Shown: positions 55,108 to 64,000 of the stretch, one piece after another
Position numbering within the stretch: the stretch's first letter is position 1
Layout of the letters: every line of letters starts with the position of its first letter
From: Tubiluchus corallicola
Taxonomy: Eukaryota; Animalia; Priapulida
Length of the DNA: 64,000 bases
Direction of reading: 5' to 3'
Assembly (NCBI GenBank): GCA_030141605.1
Contig: JAQGDQ010000274.1
Location: 186,001-250,000, forward strand
Translations under genes and position numbers: made by a program
Notes under the pieces: model-generated
Seen by the model: the letters and a program-made list of their open reading frames with translations, nothing else
Told to the model about the DNA's origin: nothing
Database searches by the model: none

Positions 55108-56881
55108 TTGATCAATGGTGCCACTAAAAAATGGCACTCTATCGATCAGTTTGCAAACGTTGCAGTAATGTTCCTTGATTATGCTTTAGCAGCAGGCATA
55201 ATTAATAAACAGTGCATTTACATAATCGCCATTATAAATGTGAGCCAGACAAGGAAATAAAGGAGGATGGCCGAGTGACGCTATTAAGTTAAATAATTTA
55301 TGTTGAATTAATGCCCTGAACGTATAGGCTGGTATTGTGTGGATGAGAGAAATACATCAAAGCGAAAATGATTAATCCTGCAATTTTATCATTAAGAGTT
55401 TGAAGAAATCTAATCTGCCTGCTTCATTACAGAAAAGAAACAGATGAATCGTCACTAGAAATATAAATGGTATCTGTCGGTGCTTTGTATGCAGGGGGGT
55501 ATTAACCAATAAGCTAATTAGGTTATAACCTAGGGCGCCAGAGATTGAGAAGCCTCTCATTTAAAAAAAATCTAATTCTCCTCGGAAAATGCGTATACTT
55601 TCGTATTCATGTAAATGGCGCATTTTATAGCACACCACAGGCAGCTACCTAGCGCAGCTTTTATATAAGTGCCACATAACGAACAGGTGCAAGGTATTAC
55701 ACAACGAGCAGTTGTGCAGCCTGCTTGAATATAAGCGCTATGCTAACACATGTAATTAATAATGACCACGTAGAAACTAAGTTAATAGTGTTTCTAATAC
55801 ACCACAAGTAATTGCTTAATCAGCTATTACATGTAACCGTAAATTTAAAATACAGGTGGGTAGGAGAGAACTATCATCATAGTAAAGTCTTGATACACCC
55901 CAGTTTGTATGTAAACACACACAAAGGCTTGAGGGTTACTGAGGAATTACATATCTATATGAAGTCTAAGTGTATTAATTTACATATCTATATGAGTAAG
56001 TCTATTAATTTCGTATTTATTGGTGTCAAAAATACTTACAATACCAAGAAAACAAGACATACAATGTTAATTTTGAAATATAGTAACACTGCAGACAAAC
56101 AAAACAATTACTGATAAATAAAATCGTTCCTGTTAGTTATTTTAGTTATCTAAACGAAAAGTTTAACGATTAGTATTTAAAATAGATTGTCATTCATCAC
56201 GCCTCATTTTCAATGATATGATCATTACATAATATATTGTTCATCATGTCTTAAAATGCTTTTTTAACATAATCAATAAATGTCTTAATTATTTCTAAAT
56301 CATTACTTCCAATCAAAAACAAAAATTTATCAGCATCGCTCACAAGGAAAAATTCTGGTTTAATTACATTGATGTAATTATATAATTTTCCTCTGAGTTC
56401 ATTGTAATATGGACATTTTATAACAAAGTGTAATTCGTCTTCTGTTTCATTTCTTAAACAGTACGAGCATATACGATTCTCAGTTGGGATTCTTCATAAT
56501 TTTTTTTATATAAAAGAGTCATGCAAAGAAATTCATAGATCTGTGGGTAGCTAAGGCTAAGTGTCATGAACGAGGGGATCCCGTAGGGCGGGGTAATCGA
56601 TCCCCCAGGATACGTTTACAAAAATTATAATTGGATTTGTCATGGTCGAAGCGTTTAAAAATAATTGGATTCAAATTTTGCCACTCTAACATTTCTGTTT
56701 AAAGCTCTAGAGTAAAGAAGAAATTATACAGAAAATAAGAAAATAATGATGTTTTGTATCTATGGCTGCAATCGTCAGAAGGAAGACAATGAACAATGTG
56801 ACTGTGGACTGTCTTTTCAGAGACCAGATCGTTTATTATTCTGTTGTCCATTGGTCAACGAAAGGAAAGAGAAGCATTTTA

Positions 56882-59800
56882 TGTTGGAGCTTGCTGATCA
56901 CTCAACAGATGTTGTTGTGAACAGAAAGCCTTCACTATTTGATTCATGCTCCAAAGTCGTTTATTCTAAACAGAATAATAAAAAGAACATTAACAAGTAA
57001 GAAAATGAATAAAATGATAAACTGAAGCTCAGTAATTACAAAGAAGTCAACTTATTGGCAAAGTACTTTCTCAAACTTGAGAGATTGAATTCACAACTTA
57101 ATTAAATTACTTAAAATGATGTAACTCACATCGTTGGCTCTTCGTCAAGATTTAAAATTTCTCAAGGTACAAAATTCGGTTATGACTAAACGATGTTATT
57201 AAATGTAACACAATAACGACAAAAACATTGCTGTGATCAAAAAACACGACCACCATTGTTCCCCTCCTGTCCTTTCCTCCTCACTCGTAGAGGGCAGCAC
57301 CTTCCAATACATAGGTGTCGTTATGCATATTGCCGTTACACTCCCCCTCTAAAATGCGAACTCACAAAGCATTTTACCAAAAATTTCCAGTAAGCAGTTA
57401 GTCGGCACCCTCTAGAAGACAGAGCTTGTGAATGGGGCGCTCTAAAAATCCAGCTTTCACTTTAAGTGTAGCACTTCTCACTAACCCATCTTCGCCTACA
57501 TGAACTTGCTCTACCTTGCCCAGTGGCCACAGATTTCTGGGTGTGGTCTCCTTCACAAGCACCACATCATTGACTTTGAGATTTCTTTTTGGCACAGTCC
57601 ACTTGTTCCGTTGCTGTAAGGATGACAAGTACTCTCTGGTCCATCTGCTCCAAAAGACATTCACTAAGTGTTGAATGTGTCGCCACTTGCGTCTGTAACG
57701 ATCAGACTCAGAAAACACTCCTTGTGGCAGTGAGGCAGCATTGTGAGCTAAAAGCAGATGATTTGGTGTCAATGGTTCTGCATCCTTTGGATCATCTGAA
57801 ATCGGCGTTAACGGCCTTCCATTAATTATTGCCTCCGTTAAACAGAATACAGTGGATAATCCTTCATCATCAAGGGTCTGTCCATCTAAAAGGTGGACCA
57901 ATATCCTTCTGACTGATCTTATCATCCTTTCCCAACAACCTCCCATGTGTGAAGCAGCTGGTGGATTGTACTCCCACTCTATGTTACGTTGATGTAGCTG
58001 ACTAGTGATGTTCTGATGGTTCCAGCCTAACATAGCTTTTTGAAGCTCCCTGTCTGCTCCAACTATGTTTGTCCCATGGTCCGACCTGATCACATTTGGC
58101 TGTCCCCTCCTGCTAATAAATCGGAAGAGGGCATTAACAAAGCTATCAGTGGTCATGTCAAAAAGAACTTCTAGATAAATAGATCGCACTGCCATGCACG
58201 TAAATAAACATCCATATCTCTTAGCAGATGTGCGCCCTCTCTTTACCCAAAAGGGCCCAAAACAATCTACCCCCACTGAGGAGAATACTGAATCTCTTGA
58301 AACCCTATCGCTGGGTAAGTCAGCCATCTTTTGGCCCAGCGTGGGTGCATACAAATGTCTGCACCTGCGACAGTCCTTTATAACCTTTCTTGCGATAGTT
58401 CTCAGTCCAATGATCCAAAACTTGCCTCTGACTACAGACATAGTGTAATTGCATCCAGCATGGCAGTTTTCCTCATGGTAGTGTCGGACAACTAGGCGAG
58501 AAAAAACATGGTCTTTTGGCAGTATTATTGGGTGCTTAGCTTGTTTAGCTAAAGGAGCTTTGGCTAGTCTGCCTCCAACTACCAATATGCCTTTATCTGA
58601 TTTCTGAGGGTCCAATTGATACAAATGACTGGTTTTGAGTACATTCTGTCCCGTGAGCTCTTCTTTGAAGTGTATGTACTGCACATGTCTAATGATTTCT
58701 TCCTCAGCCTCCATTAGTTCCTTCAAAGAAAGGGCAGCGTGCTTTGACATAGTACGGACCCTCTTAAGTACTTTGTCTCTCAACAATCGTTTCAGACGTA
58801 GGAGATAAGCTACACATCTTTTTAGCCGATGCAGATTTGAATAATGCTCACACAACATGTCGATGACATTATCATCCTTTTCTACTGCTTTAGACGTGTA
58901 GACCACCATAGGACTTTTCTTAATTTCAGAATCATCTGAGACATCTTTGCCTTTGATACTATCACCGATCTTTGGCCATTGCTCTCGCTTGCCTTTCAGA
59001 AATGTGGGGCCATTTATCCACCTGCTTTCCTTCACCAGATCTAATGCTGCAATTCCCATTGTTGCATCATCTGCTGGATTGTCTGCTCCTGGTAGGTGAT
59101 GCCATTGTTGTGGTGAAGTTAGTTCCTGAATGACAGCCAAACGATTGGCAACAAAGGTTTTATACCTTGCAACTTCATTATTCAAGTAGCCTAATACTAT
59201 TGAGCTGTCCGTCCAGAATATGGATTCATCAATGTGCATGTTAAATTCCTGTCGTAACATGTGATCTACTCTAGCTGATAGCATGGCTGCAGAAAGCTCC
59301 AGTCTGGGAATTGTCATACCCCTCATAGGTGCCAAGCGTGATTTGTCCAAGATGAAGGAGACATGTACTTTTCCATCGTTGTTCTCGAATCGCACGTAGG
59401 ACACTGTTCCAAAGGCAACTTCTGATGCATCACTAAAATGATGCAATTGAGTGTTATTTACGGTCCCAAAATGCTCTGGTTTCAAGCAACGAGCTACCTT
59501 CATGTTTTCCAGTGTCATAAGCTCTTCTTGCCAAACTTTCCATTTTCTGGCAGTGTGCTCTTCCAGGGGTTCATCCCATGCCTTTCTTAGGCGGGTTTCT
59601 TCCTGGAACATAAGCTTGGCACGTAGAACAAAAGGAGAAATTATGCCTGCAGGATCATAAACTGATGACACCACACTTAGTAGGCCACGGCGAGTCAATG
59701 GTTTTTGTCTTTGGTTTACATGGATTTTGAACTGATCAATTTCCATGTCCCAGAAAATTCCTAAGGCCCTTTCTACTGGCAAAGTATGTGCTTCTAGATC

Positions 59801-62800
59801 CAGATTCTTAACACCTTTGCCCCGCTCCTCTTCTGGGATGGACTCAAGGACACTTCTACTGTTGCTGCACCACTTAGTTAAACGAAAGCCACCTCGAGCC
59901 AATAGATCAGTCAGTTTTTGACGCATGTGCTTGGCTTTCTCTTCATTTACAGTTGAGGTTAGGCAATCGTCAACATAGAAGTCTTTCAGCAGTGTCTGAA
60001 TTATGTTTTCATCATACAAATGTCGGTTATGCTTTGCAATGCTTTGGAGTGCAAAGGCTGCAACATTTGGACACCATATTCCACCGAATGTGTGAACAGT
60101 CATTCTGTAGACCTTTTGTTCCGTGTTTAAACAACCATTTTCCCACCATAAAAATCTAAGGACATCGCGATCCTCTGCAGGCACCTTCACTTGGTGAAAC
60201 ATGCATTCAATATCAGCCATCAAAGCTATTTGGTTTTCTCTAAATCTAAGCAAAACACCGATCAGTTTATTTGTTAAAACAGGACCCTGCATAACGTTCC
60301 TATTTAGAGTAGTACCTGCGAATTGAACTGCACAATTAAAGACGATTCTCGTTTTATCTGGTTTGTTTGTATTTCTGACTGCAAAATGGGGCAAATACCA
60401 TATCTTTCCAGGTCTTCCATTAACACCTTTGGCATTTATTTCCTCAGCATAACCCTTATTCAGCATATTTGAGATTTCTGCAGTATACTTCTCTAGCAAT
60501 GCATTGTCCCTTTGTAACTTGTTCTTGAGCCCCTGCAGCATAGACTGTACCACAGGTAAATTGTTTGGAAGCTCAGGATTCTCACTTCGGAATGGTATGG
60601 GCAATTGATAGTGATTATCCTCAGTTAGGGTTACTGAATCCTCCCACAATTTGATCACCTTGACATCTTCTTTGGAATAATGATTTTCGTCTTCACACAT
60701 TTCCATCTGCCAAAACTGGGCGACAATGCTGTCAAGATCTGCAGTGGCTTGGACATAGTTACTGATGATTGCTTTGCTGCTTGTGTACCCTATTGGCCCA
60801 TTAAGAGCCCACCCTAGTATAGTCCTGGATGCCCAAGGAGCTCCTCGTGGCCCTGTTCTGACCTCTAATGGAATCATCGCGATAGGCACATCCTGACCAA
60901 TCAAAAGCCCCACTTCAGGTTCTCCAAAACCGCCAGAGGTCAATGGTATGTCCTGCAAGTGTGGCCATTTTTTTAGGTCTTTCAATTCTGGCAGAGTTTC
61001 TCCCTTTAATCTTAGCGAAGGTCTGGTGTACACTTCAGGAAGCGTTATGCATTCATCTTTTTCCATGCTCATCACTTGCAAACTCACCACCTTGGCTGTA
61101 AATTCGCTATTTTCCCTTTCCAAAGTAGTCAGTGATAAGGCAACATCCTTTCCATCTACGCCCAATTTAGCGGCTAGCTCCTCAGTGCAAAATGTATTTG
61201 TGCTACCTGAATCCAAGAAAGCCAGAGTCTCGAGTGGCATTCTTTGTTTTTGAGATTGTACAAGAACCTTTACAACGGGTAAAATAATCCTTTTGCGCAC
61301 TGTATATCTTTCAACATAACCATTTTGGACAGAACACTTGCTGCTAGCTTCTCTCATATCGCTATCTTCATCATCCTGCCTGCCTTGCTTAAATTTACTC
61401 AGGTGTAAGAAAGTGGAATGGCTTCTTTGACAGACATTGCATCTTTTGCTCATACGACACTCATAGCTGCTATGATTGGGCTTTAAACATTTAAAGCAAA
61501 GTCTCTTCTCTCTGGCTAGCTCCAGTCTTTCTTCAGGCTTCATGGCATTAAAGTCTGCACATTCAGTTATAAAGTGTTCACCAGTGCAAATGCTACACGT
61601 AGATCTCTTCGATTCGCCTGCTATTTTAGATAAAAAACTTGTTTGGTAACTTGCTTTAGCATCCTTTCTTGTTGTGAGTTTCTGGGTTTCCTTTCTTTCT
61701 CGGTCGATATATCCTAAATTCCCAAAAACTGGATCATTTGCCTCTAAAGCTGCTGTTTCCACAAAATGAACTACATCATCAATCGTTGGACTCCTTTCTT
61801 GGCTCATTCTAATTTTATATGCCTCTGTCTTCCACCTTGTTTGGAGATAAATTGGGAGTTTCTCAAGTATACACAAAAGATTTGTTTGGTTATTTATTTC
61901 TTCTCTTTTGTTAATACTGGCCAGTATTCCTTGAGCCATTCTCAAGTCATCTGCAAAATGCATTAATTCTTCTCGGCCCTTAACAGCCTTCGTTTCTCTA
62001 ATCTGTGTTAGCCAAGATTCAACTATGTTGTAAGAATTCCCAAACCGCTCATAAAGCATCTTCTTCGCCTTTGCGTAGGCCTCATTAGGAGGCATGAGCA
62101 AGCAGCTTTCCACCACCTTTCTTGCTCTTCCTGTACAATAATGTAGTAAGCGCAGAAGATTGGCATGACTATCTACAGAAACTCTCTCTACTGCATGTTC
62201 AAAAGTCTTCATAAACAGATGAAACTTTAATGGGTCTCCATCAAAATACATCATCTCCACCTTAGGCAAGCTTGCACTTTCAGAATTTATTTGCCGACTT
62301 ATTTCTCCTGTGTGTGTTTTGTTTCCTTCGCTGTGAGCATGACATACATCGTCACATCTATTGTCACAACCACAACATCGTGTTGAGATTGGTGCACTTC
62401 CTTGAGATGAATGATTTGGCTGTCTCACTGCTTCTTCACACATTTCAACCCACCGCTTTGTCTCATCCCTTTTATATGCAAGCAAAGATGGGAGTTCCTT
62501 CTTTTCTTCTTCTTCTACTTTCTCATCGACTTCAAACTTGGCGAGCACCCTTTCTTCAGCTTCCAGCATTTTAATTTCAGCTTGTTCTTCCAATTCGCTC
62601 ATTTTCATTTGATACAATCGCTGCTCCTTTTCTGCCTTTGCTCTTCTCTGATATTCACAAAGCTCAAGGTTTCTCATCTTTTCCATGATGGATGCCTTTG
62701 CTTGTAAAGCGGCTCTTTTTGCTGCTACCATGGCCCGTGCACTGGCAACACTGCTTACGCTTTTATAGCTGAGCCTTCCGCTACTCCCAGCAATAGAATG

Positions 62801-64000
62801 GTTGTCTTTACTATGTGACTGGTCGTGTTCATCCTGGATGGGTTTTAGACAAGAATTTATTTTTGCGTGCATTTCATTAACGTTTCCCATGACAAACTCA
62901 TCCCTCTCGCATGCTAGCAATCTCATGGGGGGTTCCATTACATTCCCTAACAGCTGCGTAACAATCTTCAAAGGAATTTTTGTAGTCTGTAATGATATTT
63001 TCTAATTCAGCTTGCTTTAAAAGGAGCTCATCTTGCTCCCATTGTTGTAGGTTGTTCATATTTTTTATCTTAATTTATCTTTTTTGTTAATCGACCCTGC
63101 TGTGTACTCAGTCTTCTTTTGTATTCTTGTAAAGATGCTGTGAAATCGTCACCCCCCCCCTAATGTTTGCTTCTTTTCGCATTGTTCAACAGACTTTTGG
63201 AAGCCAATTGCCTCGGCTGGAAGATCAGCTTTTGGCTTGAAGAAATCCTTTTCCATATTTTGTCTGTTGAAGTTGTGCACTTAAAACCTGCTCGTTCTCC
63301 TTTGTTACCAAGCAACATTTCACATAAGCTACACGATACACACTACATAAGCATTAAAATTACTATCCTAATGTACTTGAATGTATATGTATCAGTGTGT
63401 GCCTATAGTTACTATTTGTACTTCACCAAAGTTATCAAACTGTCATTAAATACCCGGAGTGCACGTGCCGGTAAACATACAAACATACAGACGGCGTGTA
63501 TCAGCAAACCTATGGCAAAAATATGTAGACAAGAACTTCCACAGATCTCAAGCTTTAACCTAAATCGTGGCTTGGTATAGCAGCAGTTCACACATCACGT
63601 ATTAATGTTATATCGATTAAAAAGAAGCGTGATAATTAAGTTAAACACCATATTGCAAATTAATTCAACATTCAACCATGCTTTATGTTGAGCTTTCACA
63701 CTCCTAGGGATAATGCTTGATTAAGCATTGTAGATTATGTTGGGTGACTTAGTAGATTTTCAAATTTTTTAAGCAGGTACAGCACGGTGTAAATTTTGTC
63801 AAAATGAGCAGTCGATTCAGCGTTGTTCACTGAAAACATTTGACACAACGCAAACATTGCATAATATCATATTTTCTAACTTCAATAAACTGTACACAAT
63901 GAGTGCCATATCTTTAATTTGCTTCGATTAGATCAGCTGATGCACGGCAGCGTGGGAGTTTACTACTTGGCTGGATTCCAGCAGGTCTGTTTACATTCGC
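56882..64000 (-). mobile_element. BEL/Pao LTR retrotransposon, 5' LTR probably beyond the window
   Basis: On the minus strand the polypurine tract AGAGGGGGAG (57341-57350) is followed at once by TGTAAC, so the 3' LTR starts at 57340. Its distal end at 56882 (AATAAA ... CCAACA on minus) is tentative. No second LTR copy is visible before 64000. Confidence 0.85.
57398..62971 (-). CDS. BEL/Pao retrotransposon Gag-Pol polyprotein
   Basis: 1857-aa open frame: three Gag Cys/His knuckles (CSICTGEHFITEC, CFKCLKPNHSSYEC, CNVCQRSHSTFLH), protease LDSGS, RT (ADIECMFHQV, FYVDD), RNase H (HFSDAS, TIPRLEL, FWTDS), integrase (H-H-C-C, GVDCFGP, SDHG, WERMIR) and C-terminal RPIHKLCLL, in BEL/Pao domain order. 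Confidence 0.97.
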   Translation of the reverse strand: MKIVTQLLGNVMEPPMRLLACERDEFVMGNVNEMHAKINSCLKPIQDEHDQSHSKDNHSIAGSSGRLSYKSVSSVASARAMVAAKRAALQAKASIMEKMRNLELCEYQRRAKAEKEQRLYQMKMSELEEQAEIKMLEAEERVLAKFEVDEKVEEEEKKELPSLLAYKRDETKRWVEMCEEAVRQPNHSSQGSAPISTRCCGCDNRCDDVCHAHSEGNKTHTGEISRQINSESASLPKVEMMYFDGDPLKFHLFMKTFEHAVERVSVDSHANLLRLLHYCTGRARKVVESCLLMPPNEAYAKAKKMLYERFGNSYNIVESWLTQIRETKAVKGREELMHFADDLRMAQGILASINKREEINNQTNLLCILEKLPIYLQTRWKTEAYKIRMSQERSPTIDDVVHFVETAALEANDPVFGNLGYIDRERKETQKLTTRKDAKASYQTSFLSKIAGESKRSTCSICTGEHFITECADFNAMKPEERLELAREKRLCFKCLKPNHSSYECRMSKRCNVCQRSHSTFLHLSKFKQGRQDDEDSDMREASSKCSVQNGYVERYTVRKRIILPVVKVLVQSQKQRMPLETLAFLDSGSTNTFCTEELAAKLGVDGKDVALSLTTLERENSEFTAKVVSLQVMSMEKDECITLPEVYTRPSLRLKGETLPELKDLKKWPHLQDIPLTSGGFGEPEVGLLIGQDVPIAMIPLEVRTGPRGAPWASRTILGWALNGPIGYTSSKAIISNYVQATADLDSIVAQFWQMEMCEDENHYSKEDVKVIKLWEDSVTLTEDNHYQLPIPFRSENPELPNNLPVVQSMLQGLKNKLQRDNALLEKYTAEISNMLNKGYAEEINAKGVNGRPGKIWYLPHFAVRNTNKPDKTRIVFNCAVQFAGTTLNRNVMQGPVLTNKLIGVLLRFRENQIALMADIECMFHQVKVPAEDRDVLRFLWWENGCLNTEQKVYRMTVHTFGGIWCPNVAAFALQSIAKHNRHLYDENIIQTLLKDFYVDDCLTSTVNEEKAKHMRQKLTDLLARGGFRLTKWCSNSRSVLESIPEEERGKGVKNLDLEAHTLPVERALGIFWDMEIDQFKIHVNQRQKPLTRRGLLSVVSSVYDPAGIISPFVLRAKLMFQEETRLRKAWDEPLEEHTARKWKVWQEELMTLENMKVARCLKPEHFGTVNNTQLHHFSDASEVAFGTVSYVRFENNDGKVHVSFILDKSRLAPMRGMTIPRLELSAAMLSARVDHMLRQEFNMHIDESIFWTDSSIVLGYLNNEVARYKTFVANRLAVIQELTSPQQWHHLPGADNPADDATMGIAALDLVKESRWINGPTFLKGKREQWPKIGDSIKGKDVSDDSEIKKSPMVVYTSKAVEKDDNVIDMLCEHYSNLHRLKRCVAYLLRLKRLLRDKVLKRVRTMSKHAALSLKELMEAEEEIIRHVQYIHFKEELTGQNVLKTSHLYQLDPQKSDKGILVVGGRLAKAPLAKQAKHPIILPKDHVFSRLVVRHYHEENCHAGCNYTMSVVRGKFWIIGLRTIARKVIKDCRRCRHLYAPTLGQKMADLPSDRVSRDSVFSSVGVDCFGPFWVKRGRTSAKRYGCLFTCMAVRSIYLEVLFDMTTDSFVNALFRFISRRGQPNVIRSDHGTNIVGADRELQKAMLGWNHQNITSQLHQRNIEWEYNPPAASHMGGCWERMIRSVRRILVHLLDGQTLDDEGLSTVFCLTEAIINGRPLTPISDDPKDAEPLTPNHLLLAHNAASLPQGVFSESDRYRRKWRHIQHLVNVFWSRWTREYLSSLQQRNKWTVPKRNLKVNDVVLVKETTPRNLWPLGKVEQVHVGEDGLVRSATLKVKAGFLERPIHKLCLLEGAD

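Noticed and set aside
56821-56996. Possible exon between ttttcag and gtaaga (RPDRLLFCCPLVNERK...)
   Set aside because: No recognisable protein similarity, and it overlaps the probable BEL 3' LTR
57589-63580. Plus-strand ORFs overlapping the retrotransposon
   Set aside because: Antisense shadows of the Gag-Pol frame

Overview
AT-rich, microsatellite-laden animal (invertebrate-like) genomic DNA; nothing prokaryotic, no CRISPR or rRNA. Bases 781-28647 (+) hold the 3' part of a canonical Dscam gene. I assembled 17 phase-consistent GT-AG exons (2370 nt, 789 aa plus stop) encoding the end of FN3-4, Ig10, FN3-5, FN3-6, one transmembrane helix and a long cytoplasmic tail with an ISPYAT motif and a C-terminal PDZ-type YTVV. 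Two tail junctions have paired, frame-shifted splice sites that could give alternative or truncated tails. A likely signal-peptide first exon of a second + strand gene lies at 34337-34400. A near-intact BEL/Pao LTR retrotransposon occupies about 56.9-64 kb (-). The rest is transposon debris: Kolobok-, Harbinger- and hAT-type MITEs, Helentron-like elements, RTE and L2/CR1 LINE ends, tRNA-SINE heads, a 1220-bp solo LTR nested in a MITE, many minisatellites, and three long inverted repeats whose arms carry hammerhead-ribozyme-like cores typical of Penelope-like elements. All calls were made by eye without database searches.
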